A stretch of 61,768 nucleotides of DNA, the filler included. It is 9 parts of 9 records of this genome, joined end to end, with 100 filler letters (N's around TTAATTAATTAA, not from the genome) between each part and the next. Parts side by side here need not be neighbours in the genome. Positions count along the whole stretch, not along the records: positions 21,686 to 29,176 come from SRR31156797_49866; positions 29,277 to 35,142 come from SRR31156797_49894; positions 35,243 to 42,017 come from SRR31156797_49947; 6 more parts are not named here. One strand, 5' to 3'. A program made the position numbers and the translations under genes. How positions within the stretch are numbered: the first letter of the stretch is position 1; the number at the start of each line of letters is the position of its first letter. The notes beneath the pieces were generated by a model. That model was not told the origin of the DNA, ran no database searches, and saw nothing but the letters and a program-made list of their open reading frames with translations. This document shows positions 27,974-39,606 of the stretch, in pieces.

Positions 27974-29176
27974 TTAAGCAGACTGATTGCGGCCATGGCA
28001 AGCGCTGCAATGGCCGGCACATTGCCACAGTTCATCCGCCGTTGGCCCCCAGGCCTCGGCGGCATTTTTGCATTTTGCAGAGAGCTCGCGAACGTCCTCC
28101 GGGTTCTCCAGATCGGTTGAAAAAGCACCGGACTGCTCCACCATTCCCACGAGCGCTTCGGGATTATCCAGCAGGGGGCACGGGCGCAGAAGATTATCAT
28201 TAAAAGGCTGGCCGTTTTTGTAAGCCATAAACAGGGGCGACTGTAATGCTTCCAGCAATGTCTTCTCATAGATGTTGGAATCTGAGTAGTGAATAAAGGC
28301 GCAGGGCTCTATGTCGCCATTGGCGTTGATATGTAAGTACCGTCTTCCGCCAGCGATACAGCCCCCGGCGTACTCGCCGTCATTCCAGAAGTCCATCGTG
28401 AACAAGGGCTTTGTTTCGCGGAATTTTCTAAGCTGATGATACATGAATGCACGCTGTTCATCCGTCACCATGAGTTCGGGGACGGCCGCCTTGCCGACAG
28501 GCATATAGGTAAAGAACCAGCAGAACTTGGCCCCCCACGAGATCATCTGGTCGAAATATTCTTCGGACCCTATCATCTCCACATTTTTGCTGGTATAGCA
28601 GCAGGAGATACCAAACGGCAGACTCTTGGACTTCAGAAGAGCCATCGCCGCCTCCACCTTCTTGAAGGTGCCCTCGCCCCGGCGGAAATCGGTATCTTCC
28701 TCAAACCCCTCCACGCTGATGGCGGGAATGAAGTTTTTAACCCGCAGCATATCGTCGGCAAAGGCCTCGTCGATGAGCGTGCCGTTTGTAAAGGCGGAAA
28801 ACTGGCAGTCGGGATGCGCCTCACAAAGGCGGATGATGTCCGCTTTGCGCACAAGTGGCTCGCCGCCGGAGTAGAGAAAGAAATAGGTGCCGAGTTCTTT
28901 TCCCTGTCGAATAATGCTGTCAAGTGTTTCATAGGACATATTGAGCTTGTTTCCGTACTCAGCCGCCCAGCAGCCTGTACACTGCAGATTACAGGCGGAG
29001 GTCGGGTCAATCAGAAGCGCCCATGGAATGTTGCACCCGTATTTTTGGACATTCTTTTCCTGCTTGGGATATCCGAAGAAGGATGCGTTTAAGGCGAAAT
29101 TGTAGAAAATCTTCTTCAGCACTTCATTGTCAACGTCCCGCCAGAGATTCATAAGATACTCGTACCAGACGTTGTC
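27974..29176 (-). CDS. radical SAM protein with SPASM/twitch-type C-terminus (5' truncated)
   Basis: DPTSACNLQCTGCWAAEYG, SGGEP, FTNGTL, GCIAGG..HINANGDIEPCAF, RPCP, C-terminal CAGHCSAC; frame open to contig end. Confidence 0.92.
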   Translation of the reverse strand, partial: DNVWYEYLMNLWRDVDNEVLKKIFYNFALNASFFGYPKQEKNVQKYGCNIPWALLIDPTSACNLQCTGCWAAEYGNKLNMSYETLDSIIRQGKELGTYFFLYSGGEPLVRKADIIRLCEAHPDCQFSAFTNGTLIDEAFADDMLRVKNFIPAISVEGFEEDTDFRRGEGTFKKVEAAMALLKSKSLPFGISCCYTSKNVEMIGSEEYFDQMISWGAKFCWFFTYMPVGKAAVPELMVTDEQRAFMYHQLRKFRETKPLFTMDFWNDGEYAGGCIAGGRRYLHINANGDIEPCAFIHYSDSNIYEKTLLEALQSPLFMAYKNGQPFNDNLLRPCPLLDNPEALVGMVEQSGAFSTDLENPEDVRELSAKCKNAAEAWGPTADELWQCAGHCSACHGRNQSA

Positions 29177-29276
29177 NNNNNNNNNNNNNNNNNNNNNNNN
29201 NNNNNNNNNNNNNNNNNNNNTTAATTAATTAANNNNNNNNNNNNNNNNNNNNNNNNNNNNNNNNNNNNNNNNNNNN
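29177..29276. other. artificial contig spacer
   Basis: N44-TTAATTAATTAA-N44. Confidence 0.98.
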
Positions 29277-29296
29277 TGCCCAGCAATTGCTGGGCA
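29277..29296. terminator. palindromic hairpin downstream of the amidohydrolase
   Basis: TGCCCAGCAATTGCTGGGCA perfect palindrome 18 nt past the stop; flank cut by contig end. Confidence 0.55.
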
Positions 29297-29314
29297 TCTT
29301 TGTATTGGTCGCAA

Positions 29315-30724
29315 TTAAAGAATTTCTTCACCGGATTTGATTACGGTATCACGAACAGTTTGAGTATATTGGATTGCTTCGTTACGGATCGCGTCTTCGT
29401 CTACTGTAAGTACTTTACGATCTTGCATCAGTATTTTTCCGTCTACGATGGTGTGACGGACGTTACCTGAGTTAGCTGAATAGACGAGTGCAGAATATGG
29501 ATTATAAAGAGGAACCATGTTTGGTTCTTTGGTATCGATAACAATGATGTCTGCCAGTTTGCCTATTTCTAATGAACCAATTTTATCTTCCATATGTAGT
29601 GCTCTTGCTGCGCCCATGGTCGCCATATCTATAACTTTAATTGGTGGCATTGCAGAACGGTCTTTGTTCACGAGTTTATGTACTTTAGCAACTTGATTAA
29701 ACTCATCAATAATACTTAATGTGTTTCCAGACATTGGACCATCGGTACCCAAACCGATGCGAATATTTTCGTCGTACATTTTAAGTGCGGGTGAAACACC
29801 TTTTGCAGACTTAATGTTCGCACTCATATTGTGAGCAACACCCATGTCGGACTTTTTCACAAGGTCGATATCTTTATCATTAAGCAAAATCATGTGGGCA
29901 CCAACTAAGTTTTTATTTAGTGCTCCGATGCTATCCATGTATTGTACTGGTGATAGCCCGTTAGAACGTTTTGCGATTTTTTCTTCTTCAGTATGAGATT
30001 CCGCAAGGTGAATTAGGGTTGGTACCTCGTGTTCCAACGACAACTTAGCGACTTTTTGTAGAATTTCAGTCGTATTAGTATAAGGTGCGTGAGGTGCAAA
30101 TGCGGGAGTGATTCTTGGGTGGTTTTTATACTCTTCGATAAAGTTAAGGGCATACTGGATGCCTTCTTCTGCGTTAGCAGCATCGGCTACCGGAAACTTA
30201 ATCACAGATTCACCTAGTACAGCACGCATACCGATTTTATCCACGGTTTTTGCTACTTCATCTTCGAAATAGTACATATCCGCATAGGTAGTGACACCAC
30301 CTTTCACCATTTCTACGTTACCCAGGTTGGCACCAATGCGAACCATGTCGCGAGAAACCAGTTTCGCCTCAAGAGGGAATATGTAGCGATGTAAACGGTC
30401 GGGAACATCGTCTGCCAATGAACGGAATACTGTCATCGAAACGTGGGTATGAGTATTAATAAGGCCGGGCATAACGATATCACCATCGACATCAAGTACT
30501 TGGTCAGAAGAGTATTGTTTAGTCAGAGATTCATCACCTACCGCGACGATTTTATTTCCTTTGATCGCCACAGTACCGTGCTCGTAAACGGCTTTATCTT
30601 GATTCATGGTCAGAACCAAAGCATCTGTGAGCATTAAATCAACTTTTTCAACAGCGAGTGTTGAAAATGACATTAGACCAAGACCTGCTATTGCAGCAGA
30701 GAGTAGGTTGCGTTTTATATTCAT
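29315..30724 (-). CDS. amidohydrolase (MtaD/SAH deaminase-like) with signal peptide
   Basis: PGLINTHTH, PHAPYT, IHLAES, GAHM, GLGTDG, GSLEIGKLAD; start moved to ATG 30724 giving MNIKRNLLSAAIAGLGLMSFSTLA. Confidence 0.85.
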   Translation of the reverse strand: MNIKRNLLSAAIAGLGLMSFSTLAVEKVDLMLTDALVLTMNQDKAVYEHGTVAIKGNKIVAVGDESLTKQYSSDQVLDVDGDIVMPGLINTHTHVSMTVFRSLADDVPDRLHRYIFPLEAKLVSRDMVRIGANLGNVEMVKGGVTTYADMYYFEDEVAKTVDKIGMRAVLGESVIKFPVADAANAEEGIQYALNFIEEYKNHPRITPAFAPHAPYTNTTEILQKVAKLSLEHEVPTLIHLAESHTEEEKIAKRSNGLSPVQYMDSIGALNKNLVGAHMILLNDKDIDLVKKSDMGVAHNMSANIKSAKGVSPALKMYDENIRIGLGTDGPMSGNTLSIIDEFNQVAKVHKLVNKDRSAMPPIKVIDMATMGAARALHMEDKIGSLEIGKLADIIVIDTKEPNMVPLYNPYSALVYSANSGNVRHTIVDGKILMQDRKVLTVDEDAIRNEAIQYTQTVRDTVIKSGEEIL

Positions 30725-30976
30725 GAACTTACCTGTTACATAGAATGGATAATAAAATGTGACATGAATCATACATAATTCCAATACCTCTGCAATCGTT
30801 TGCGTCTTTTTGTGATTTTGATTAATGGAGATCGGATGAGATAACAAGCACCAACCATAGTTATCGGTAACGTGAGCAAATATTGAAACAGTCGATTTTT
30901 AAATAACTTACCTGTAGGTTCTATCGGTTGTCAGATATACTAGTTGTAACTCTTTTCTATCTACTTAGGTCTGCCT

Positions 30977-33424
30977 ATGTCTGATTCCACCCATATTGAT
31001 CCGTTTGCGGATCGCGAAGCTGATAATTACGAAAATCCAATCCCAAGCCGTGAGTACATCATCGAATTTTTGACTCAGGCGAATGTGCCGATGAATCGTA
31101 ATGATTTGTTCGAAGCACTGAACCTTAGTGGGGAAGAGCACTACGAAGGCTTGCGTCGTCGCTTACGTGCAATGGAGCGTGATGGTCAACTGGTGTTCAC
31201 TCGTCGTCAATGTTATGCCTTGCCAGAAAAACTTGAATTAGTTAAAGGCTACGTGATTGGACATAAAGATGGTTATGGTTGGGTTCGCCCTGAAGGCAAT
31301 ACCAACAAGGATAATGATATTCTCCTGCCACACCATCAAATGAGAACCATCATTCATGGTGATTACGTATTAGTACAACCAGCGGGAACGGATAAACGCG
31401 GTAGAAAAGAGGGGCGTTTAGTTCGAGTTCTGGAAGAACGTAAAACTCAGATTGTCGGTCGTTTCTTTTATGAGCATGGCTATTCTTACGTTGTGCCAGA
31501 TGACTCTCGTATCCATCAGGATATTTTAATTCCGAATGAGCATCGCAGTGGTGCTCGTATGGGGAACGTAGTTGTGATTGAAATTACTGATCGTGGTTCT
31601 CGTAACCGAGGCATGATGGGTAATGTGGTTGAAGTACTGGGTGAAAATATGGCACCGGGTATGGAAACGCAAATTGCTATTCGTACCCATCAGATCCCTC
31701 ACGAGTGGCCGGAAGAAGTCGATAAGCAGATTACTGGCTTGGGTGAAGAAGTTCCGGAAGAAGCGAAAGTTGGCCGAGTCGACTTACGTGATCTGCCGCT
31801 GGTGACGATTGATGGCGAAGATGCACGTGACTTCGATGACGCTGTTTTCTGTGAAGCGAAAAAAGGCGGTGGCTGGCGTTTATGGGTTGCTATCGCAGAC
31901 GTGAGTTATTACGTACGTCCAGATACAGCATTGGATAAAGAAGCAATCAACCGTGGTAACTCGGTTTACTTCCCGTCACAAGTCGTTCCTATGCTACCGG
32001 AAGTTTTGTCTAATGGTCTTTGTTCACTCAACCCACAAGTGGATCGTTTGTGTATGGTGTGTGAAATGACCATCTCAGACAGCGGTAAACTTTCCGGTTA
32101 TAAACACTACGAAGCGGTGATGAATTCACACGCTCGCCTGACTTATACCAAAGTACATGACATTCTAGAAGGTGATGAAGAGCTACGTGAGCGTTATAGC
32201 GATGTGGTTCCCCATTTGGAAGAGTTGCACAAAATGTATCAGGTGCTGAAAGTCGCTCGTCAGCATCGCGGGGCAATTGAGTTTGAAACAGTTGAGACCA
32301 AGTTCATCTTCACGCCTGAACGTAAAATTGAAAGTATTGAGCCAGTTATCCGTAACGACGCTCATAAACTTATCGAAGAGTGCATGATTTTAGCGAATAT
32401 TGCTTCTGCTTCATTAGTAGAAAAAGCCAAGGAACCAGCGCTATACCGTATTCATGAAACTCCGGGTGAAGAGCGTTTAACCGGCTTCAGAGATTTCCTT
32501 GGTGAACTAGGCTTAGAACTATCAGGTGGTTTAGAACCGTCGCCAACCGATTATGCGCATCTGATGCAGCAGATTGGTGAGCGCCCGGACAAAGAACTCA
32601 TTCAAACCATGTTACTTCGTTCAATGAAGCAGGCGATTTACAGCCCAGATAACGCGGGTCACTTTGGTTTGGCGTTGAAGCGTTACGCGCACTTTACTTC
32701 ACCAATTCGTCGCTACCCAGATTTACTACTACACCGCGCAATTAAGTATCTGATTGCCAAACATGAAGGTCGTAATCAGGATCGTTGGACGCCAACTGGC
32801 GGCTTCCACTACTCATTTGATGATATGAACTTCTACGGTGAGCAGTGTTCGATGACTGAGCGTCGTGCGGATGATGCGACTCGTGAAGTGTCCGATTGGC
32901 TGAAATGTGAGTACATGCAAGATCATGTTGGCGAAGAGCTGGAAGGTGTTATCGCCAACGTAACTGGTTTTGGTTTCTTCGTGCGTTTAGCGGATTTACA
33001 TATCGATGGCTTGGTTCATATTTCGACTCTCGCTAATGACTATTACCAGTTTGACCCAGTAGGTCAAAGACTTATCGGCGAGTCATTCGGTAACATTTAC
33101 CGATTAGGTGATTCGGTTAAAGTGAAAGTGTTATCGGTAAATCTGGACGACCGACAAATTGACTTTGAAATTATCGAAACTAGCCGTAAGCTACGCGGCA
33201 AAGGTAAGACAGCGAAGAAACGCGCAGCAGAGTCAAAAGCCAAATCACGAGGTAAAAAAGCCGCCGCCAACCTTGGCAGTAAAGCTGTGCCGATGATTGA
33301 AGCGACCAAGCGCCCGGAATCGGGTGACGGTAAGAAAGAGAATAAAGCGAGTAAGTCTGCTAAGGCTCGTAAAATGAAAGCACGCGCTCAAGCTGGTAAA
33401 GCACGTGCGAAAAAGAACAAATAG
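30977..33424 (+). CDS. rnr: ribonuclease R
   Basis: [16 protein letters not shown] motif, [12 protein letters not shown]1 domain, Lys/Arg-rich tail. Confidence 0.97.
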   Translation: MSDSTHIDPFADREADNYENPIPSREYIIEFLTQANVPMNRNDLFEALNLSGEEHYEGLRRRLRAMERDGQLVFTRRQCYALPEKLELVKGYVIGHKDGYGWVRPEGNTNKDNDILLPHHQMRTIIHGDYVLVQPAGTDKRGRKEGRLVRVLEERKTQIVGRFFYEHGYSYVVPDDSRIHQDILIPNEHRSGARMGNVVVIEITDRGSRNRGMMGNVVEVLGENMAPGMETQIAIRTHQIPHEWPEEVDKQITGLGEEVPEEAKVGRVDLRDLPLVTIDGEDARDFDDAVFCEAKKGGGWRLWVAIADVSYYVRPDTALDKEAINRGNSVYFPSQVVPMLPEVLSNGLCSLNPQVDRLCMVCEMTISDSGKLSGYKHYEAVMNSHARLTYTKVHDILEGDEELRERYSDVVPHLEELHKMYQVLKVARQHRGAIEFETVETKFIFTPERKIESIEPVIRNDAHKLIEECMILANIASASLVEKAKEPALYRIHETPGEERLTGFRDFLGELGLELSGGLEPSPTDYAHLMQQIGERPDKELIQTMLLRSMKQAIYSPDNAGHFGLALKRYAHFTSPIRRYPDLLLHRAIKYLIAKHEGRNQDRWTPTGGFHYSFDDMNFYGEQCSMTERRADDATREVSDWLKCEYMQDHVGEELEGVIANVTGFGFFVRLADLHIDGLVHISTLANDYYQFDPVGQRLIGESFGNIYRLGDSVKVKVLSVNLDDRQIDFEIIETSRKLRGKGKTAKKRAAESKAKSRGKKAAANLGSKAVPMIEATKRPESGDGKKENKASKSAKARKMKARAQAGKARAKKNK

Positions 33425-33431
33425 GTAACTC

Positions 33432-34175
33432 ATGAGTAACGAACTAATTTATGGCATTCACGCAGTAAAAGCTGTGTTGGACAGAGATCCAGCCCGCTTT
33501 GTGGAAGCTTATGTACTAAAAGGTCGTCAGGACGACCGACTACTCCCTGTTCTGAATGAACTATCACGAATGGGCGTTTCCATTCAAGAAATGAACAGGA
33601 AAGTATTGGACGACAAAGCAAAAGGTGCCAATCACCAGGGCGTTATTGCTAAAGTTAAGCCAGCAAAACAGCTCAATGAGCATGACTTAGAGCTGATAGT
33701 TGACCAGCATGAGAATCCGCTGTTCTTGGTACTTGATGGTGTGACCGACCCGCATAACTTAGGCGCTTGTTTGCGTAATGCTGATGCTGCAGGCGTCGCG
33801 GCGGTTATCGTACCGAAAGATAAGTCAGCTCCAATGACTGCGACAGTCAGTAAAGTGGCTTGTGGTGCGGCAGAAACCGTTCCTTTAGTTCGTGTGACTA
33901 ACCTCGCTCGTACTATGCGTGCGATGCAGGAAAAAGGCGTATGGTTTGTGGGCACTGCAGGTGAAGCGACTCACGATATTTACCAAAGCAAGCTCACCGG
34001 TTCGCTAGCTATCGTTATGGGAGCAGAAGGTGATGGTATGCGCCGTTTAACGCGTGAAACTTGTGATGGGTTAATTAAAATTCCAATGGCGGGCTCTGTA
34101 TCGAGCTTGAATGTTTCTGTTGCTTCAGGAATCTGTTTGTTCGAAGCCGTGCGTCAACGTATCGCAGCGAAATAA
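33432..34175 (+). CDS. rlmB: 23S rRNA (Gm2251) methyltransferase RlmB
   Basis: [33 protein letters not shown]; follows rnr. Confidence 0.96.
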   Translation: MSNELIYGIHAVKAVLDRDPARFVEAYVLKGRQDDRLLPVLNELSRMGVSIQEMNRKVLDDKAKGANHQGVIAKVKPAKQLNEHDLELIVDQHENPLFLVLDGVTDPHNLGACLRNADAAGVAAVIVPKDKSAPMTATVSKVACGAAETVPLVRVTNLARTMRAMQEKGVWFVGTAGEATHDIYQSKLTGSLAIVMGAEGDGMRRLTRETCDGLIKIPMAGSVSSLNVSVASGICLFEAVRQRIAAK

Positions 34176-34191
34176 TCTCTTCATCGATGAT

Positions 34192-34225
34192 GCGGATGGA
34201 TAGAATTCCATCCGCTATTTTCTTT
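34192..34225 (+). terminator. intrinsic terminator after rlmB
   Basis: GCGGATGGA-TAGAAT-TCCATCCGC-TATTTTCTTT. Confidence 0.75.
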
Positions 34226-34283
34226 CTACTTACTCCTTTCCTTTGTTTGATTAAATCTTGTTCGATTATTTTTCAAACAGTCC

Positions 34284-34311
34284 TTGCATGTGAAACTGTG
34301 ATCTGTATAAT
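34284..34311 (+). promoter_or_regulatory. sigma70 promoter of the S10 operon
   Basis: TTGCAT-16 nt-TATAAT followed by GC-rich discriminator GCAGCGC. Confidence 0.65.
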
Positions 34312-34317
34312 GCAGCG

Positions 34318-34903
<586 letters not shown>

Positions 34904-34917
34904 GGGAGATTAGAAGA

Positions 34918-35142
34918 ATGATTGGTCTAGTCGGACGTAAAGTGGGTATGACCCGCGTATTTACTGAAGAAGGCGTTTCTATCCCAGTAACAGTTGTGGA
35001 AGTTGAAGCGAACCGCGTTTCTCAAGTTAAAACTCTTGAGAGCGATGGTTACACAGCTATCCAGGTAACTGCTGGTGCTAAGAAAGCTAGCCGCGTTTCA
35101 AAGCCTGAAGCTGGTCACTTTGCGAAAGCAGGTGTTGAAGCT
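34918..35142 (+). CDS. rplC: 50S ribosomal protein L3 (3' truncated)
   Basis: [26 protein letters not shown]. Confidence 0.97.
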
Positions 35143-35242
35143 NNNNNNNNNNNNNNNNNNNNNNNNNNNNNNNNNNNNNNNNNNNNTTAATTAATTAANN
35201 NNNNNNNNNNNNNNNNNNNNNNNNNNNNNNNNNNNNNNNNNN
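35143..35242. other. artificial contig spacer
   Basis: N44-TTAATTAATTAA-N44. Confidence 0.98.
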
Positions 35243-36481
35243 CACGATGGCGTCGTCCACCACGATGCCGATGGCCAGGACCAGCCCGAACAGGGTCAGG
35301 GTGTTGATGGAAAACCCGAAGGCTTCCAGCACCGCGAATGTTCCCACCAGGGATACGGGAATGGCGATGGCGGGTATCAGGGTGGCCCGCCAGTTTTGAA
35401 GAAACACGTAGACCACCAGAAATACCAGCAGCATGGCTTCCAGGAGGGTCTTCAAGACTTCCTTGATGGATTCCCTGACAAAGAGGGTGGTGTCGTAGCT
35501 GAAAGCGTATTTGAGCCCCGGGGGGAACCTCTCTTCAAGGTCTCGCATGTTGGCGTACACTTCCTTGGCCACCTGAAGCGCATTGGCGTCCGGCAACTGA
35601 AAAACGCCGATGCAGGCGGATTTGCCGCCGTTATAGTGGGCGTACCACCCGTAATTCTCGGCGCCCAGTTCCACCCGTCCCACATCCTTGACCCGCACCA
35701 CGGATCCGTCGGTCCGGGTTCGAATGATGATGTCCTCGAACTGTTCGGGGGAGGAGAGGCGGCCCAGGGCGTTGATGGAATAGGTGAAGGTTTGGCCGGG
35801 GGGACTGGGCGCGTCGCCGATCTTGCCGGCCGCCACCTGAACGTTCTGTTCCTGGACCGCGGAGATCACGTCCATGGCGGTCATTTCCATGCTGGTGAGC
35901 TTGTCCGGGTTGAGCCATAACCGCATGGCGTATTTTTTTTCGCCGAAGATTTGAACGTCTCCCACGCCGGGGAGCCGCTTGAGCCGGTCCACGATATTAA
36001 TGGAGGCGTAATTGCTGAGGAACAGGTCGTCAAATTCGCCGTTGGCGGCGTAAAGGGATATGATCAAAACGAAATCGGGGGATTGTTTCTTGGTGGTGAT
36101 ACCGTATTTGCGCACATCGTCGGGCACCTGGGGCTGGGCCATGGTCACCCGGTTCTGTACGTCCACGGCGGCGATGTCCAGGTCGTAGCCCACTTCAAAG
36201 GTCACGGTGATGTTGCTGGTGCCGTCATTGGAACTCATGGAAGACATGTAGGTCATGCCCTCCACCCCGTTGATCTGTTCCTCAATGGGGGTGGTGACGG
36301 TTTGTTCCACCACCTCCGCGTTGGCTCCCGTATAGGTTGCCTGAACCTGGACCGTGGGCGGTGTGATCTGGGGGAACTGAGCAATGGGGAGCAGCATGAT
36401 GCACACGGCGCCGGCTAAAGAGATGACAATGGAAATGACACCCGCGAAAATGGGTCGGTCAATAAAGAAATCGACAAACAT
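35243..36481 (-). CDS. HAE1-family RND efflux permease (3' truncated)
   Basis: FFIDRPIFA, LPIAQFPQITPP, PIEEQINGVEGM, LAIGIVVDDAIV. Confidence 0.95.
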
Positions 36482-36505
36482 GGAGTTTCCTCAAAAGGGC
36501 TTTGC

Positions 36506-37780
36506 TTATTTCCCGGAAGTTGACGATTGGCCGGTTTCCTTTTCCGCCCCCGAATGATTTTTTGCTTTCGATTCGCTGCCCTCGGTCTCGGCAGCAGCTT
36601 TTTTACCGCTCGTTCGGGTTTTCGAGATGCCGGTTTTTCCCTGATGTTTCCCCGCCGTTTCCCCGGTCCGGACGGTCATGCCCGGCCTGATCATTTGAAG
36701 ACCCCCGGTAATGACCCGTTCGTCCGCCTTCAACCCTTTCCAGATGATTTTCTGATGGTTATACAAAAACCCCACCTTGACCGACCGCTTTTCCACCTTG
36801 TTCCCTTCTCCCACCACATAGACGTACATGCCGGTCTGGTCCTCGGAAATGGCCTTTTCGGAAATGAGAGGGGTGTCCGGCACATCACACAAAAAGAGCC
36901 TGGCCTGAACATAAATGCCCGGTAGAAGTGTTTTGTCCGGATTGGGGATGACGGCCCGCATGTTGATGGTGTTGGCCTGTGGGTCGGCCGTGTTGTCGAT
37001 GAAATCCACCTTTCCCGGGTGGGGATGGGTACTGCCGTCGCTCAGGATGATGTCCACGGGGATATCCTTTTCCTGGCGGTATTTCAGGATCAGGCGCAAA
37101 TCCTTTTCACTGGGGCTGAAGTAAACGTACAGGGGATCCAGTTGGACAATGGTGGCCAGCTTGGTATCCTGTCCGGCGCCCACCAGGTTGCCCACGTTTA
37201 CCAGGGTCCGTCCGATGCGACCGTTCAGGGGGGAGTACATGGTGCAATACCCCAGGTTCAGCCGGTTCTGCTTGATTTTGGCCAGGTCGGCCTTGACCGC
37301 GGCGGCCGCTTCCCGGGCCTTGGTTTCGTAATCCTCCAGGGATTCCTGGGTCACGAAATCCTGTTCCGCAAGGGGCTTGTACCGTTTCACCTGGTCTTTG
37401 GCAAAGGAGAGGGACGCCTTGTCCTGGGCCAGTTGGGCCAGGCTCATTTCCAGCTCCGCTTCATAGGGCGCCTTTTCAATGATGAAAATAATATCGCCTT
37501 TATTGACGTCGGCACCTTCCACAAAACGCCGTTCTTCAAGGAAGCCCTCCACCCGGGCCCGGATGTCCACGGTTTTGATGGATTCAGTGGTGGCAACGTA
37601 GTTGAGATGAACCGGAACCGTCTTAAGGGCCACTTTTTCAACCGTTACGGTGGGGGGGGGCGGCGTGGGAGATTGCTGTTTCTCCTTTTTGCATCCCCAG
37701 AGAGCAAACGCTGCAAAAAAGGTAAAGGTTGTCAGGAAAATAATTGAAGTTGTTTTTCCGATCCGGGGATTAACGGCCAT
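36506..37780 (-). CDS. RND periplasmic adaptor (MFP) lipoprotein
   Basis: lipobox ALWGC, VDIRARVEGFL, SPLNGRIGR..VGNLV, LLPGIYV. Confidence 0.93.
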   Translation of the reverse strand: MAVNPRIGKTTSIIFLTTFTFFAAFALWGCKKEKQQSPTPPPPTVTVEKVALKTVPVHLNYVATTESIKTVDIRARVEGFLEERRFVEGADVNKGDIIFIIEKAPYEAELEMSLAQLAQDKASLSFAKDQVKRYKPLAEQDFVTQESLEDYETKAREAAAAVKADLAKIKQNRLNLGYCTMYSPLNGRIGRTLVNVGNLVGAGQDTKLATIVQLDPLYVYFSPSEKDLRLILKYRQEKDIPVDIILSDGSTHPHPGKVDFIDNTADPQANTINMRAVIPNPDKTLLPGIYVQARLFLCDVPDTPLISEKAISEDQTGMYVYVVGEGNKVEKRSVKVGFLYNHQKIIWKGLKADERVITGGLQMIRPGMTVRTGETAGKHQGKTGISKTRTSGKKAAAETEGSESKAKNHSGAEKETGQSSTSGK

Positions 37781-39371
37781 TGGCGGAAGCCTCCCTATGG
37801 GTTTGCGACATGGATATTTTTTTTAAGCCGTCAGCGGGAAGTTCGGCGCCGATGGCATGGAGGAGTTCAGCGTAGGAGATGAAAAGGTCCGTCCGGGCCT
37901 GGACCCGCTGGGTCCTGGCCGAAGTGAGGGTGCTCTGAGCATTGAGCAGTTCCACGATGTCCGCCACACCTGCCCGATAACGGGCCAGGGAAACCCGAAA
38001 TGACTCCTTGGAACTGATGAGCAGGGTTTCACTGGAGTCCACCTGTTGTGCGGCGGTCTGCATGTTGTAAAAGGCGGACCACACATCTGAAATGACCGAT
38101 TCTTCTTTTTGCTTGAGGTCGGCGCGGCTGGCGCTCAGCCTGGCTTCGGCTGCTCTGATTTTGTTGCGCAGGGAAAAACCTTCAAAAAGGGGGATTTGAA
38201 GTGACAGCCCCCCATAATAGCTCACGCCGGAATCGCTGATGGTGCCGCCGCCCTCAAAATAATCCGAGCCGCTGATGGTGCCGTCGATGCCGGACCATCC
38301 CACATTTCCGGTGGCCACCAGCTTGGGCCAGAGATCGGACTCGGCCTTCTTAAGCTCTGCCCGGCTCTGTTGCACGGCGGCCCGGGCCGCTGCCAGGTCC
38401 GAGCGGTCCCGCAGGGCCAGGCTGATGAGACCCTCGGTATTTTCGGCCATGGCGTTTAAGGGGAGGGTTTCGGGACCTTCCGCCACGTCAAAATCGGCGT
38501 TGGCCGGCCAACCCACGGCAGTGGCCAGCTCCCCACGGGAAATTTTTACGGCGCCCCTGTTGGAGACCAGATCCAACCGTACCTGGTCGACCCTTGCGCG
38601 GGCCTGAAGTACGTCCGCAATGGTGCTGACGCCGGATTTTTTCCTTTGCTCCGTGGACTTGAGGCTGGTCAGGGCCTCCTCGAGATCGCTTTCCGATGCC
38701 CGGACCTGTGCGCGGTTGCCCAGGTAGGTATAGTAGGCCTGGGGCACATTTCGAAGGATATCCTGGATGCTCTGGTTATGGTTCCAGTTGGCCGCCATGA
38801 GCGCCTGCCGGGCGCTTTCCACCGAGGCGGCCCGACCACCGAAATCCAGCAGCAGATAACTCAGGCTTAAATCAACACTGCCGTAATATCCGCTGGATGA
38901 ACCGCCGCCCATGCCCATTCCGCTGGCGTCACCGCTGATGGTGGGATAATAATCCCCGCGGGATACGGCCCAATCCGCCGCCGCCGTCCGGGCCTGCTCC
39001 CAGGAAGACTGGGTGGACGGGTTGATGCGAAGGGCCACATCAACCAAATCCGCCAGTGTCAACTTCTTGGCCGGAGGGTTCAGGTTTTGGGCATCAAGGG
39101 TTGTGTTTTTCTCCAGGGGAAGGGGCGGTTTTTTTTTGGGCTTTGTTTCGCTTATGTAATATTTTCCGGGGGCCGAGGGTGCAAAACGGTTCGGGTCCAG
39201 TTCGGGAAGCGGCTTTTGGCATCCACAGAGGGAAAAGAGTATCCATGGCAAAAACACGCCCCACAGGATTCGCCGGATCCCCCATGGCCGTGATCCGGCC
39301 CTCGTTTTCCCTTGGGAACCCATGGATTTTAGATCCCCCGGGAATATAAATTCGCCTTTGTTGGAAATCAT
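37770..39371 (-). CDS. TolC-family outer membrane efflux lipoprotein
   Basis: lipobox SLCGC, LTLADLVDVALRINP, LLLDFGGR, IPLFEGF, ARYRAGV..ELLNAQ; exact start uncertain. Confidence 0.9.
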   Translation of the reverse strand: MISNKGEFIFPGDLKSMGSQGKTRAGSRPWGIRRILWGVFLPWILFSLCGCQKPLPELDPNRFAPSAPGKYYISETKPKKKPPLPLEKNTTLDAQNLNPPAKKLTLADLVDVALRINPSTQSSWEQARTAAADWAVSRGDYYPTISGDASGMGMGGGSSSGYYGSVDLSLSYLLLDFGGRAASVESARQALMAANWNHNQSIQDILRNVPQAYYTYLGNRAQVRASESDLEEALTSLKSTEQRKKSGVSTIADVLQARARVDQVRLDLVSNRGAVKISRGELATAVGWPANADFDVAEGPETLPLNAMAENTEGLISLALRDRSDLAAARAAVQQSRAELKKAESDLWPKLVATGNVGWSGIDGTISGSDYFEGGGTISDSGVSYYGGLSLQIPLFEGFSLRNKIRAAEARLSASRADLKQKEESVISDVWSAFYNMQTAAQQVDSSETLLISSKESFRVSLARYRAGVADIVELLNAQSTLTSARTQRVQARTDLFISYAELLHAIGAELPADGLKKISMSQTHREASANGR

Positions 39372-39606
39372 GGTCTGTTATCATCCTGCATCTGTAAAGC
39401 CGGGAAAAACGTGATCGATCACAAAAACGGCTGCACTTGTGCGGTATACCCGAAAAAAAGGAGATGTTCAACTGAAAACAGTGAGCCCATATTATGGGGC
39501 TGAGGGGCCGGTTACCTTTTGTGGGGTGCTACCCTTTTCCCTTGACATGAAACGGTTTGATCCCCTAAAAAAACAAAATCTTTCTATTTTTTGAGGAGGG
39601 GTTTGT

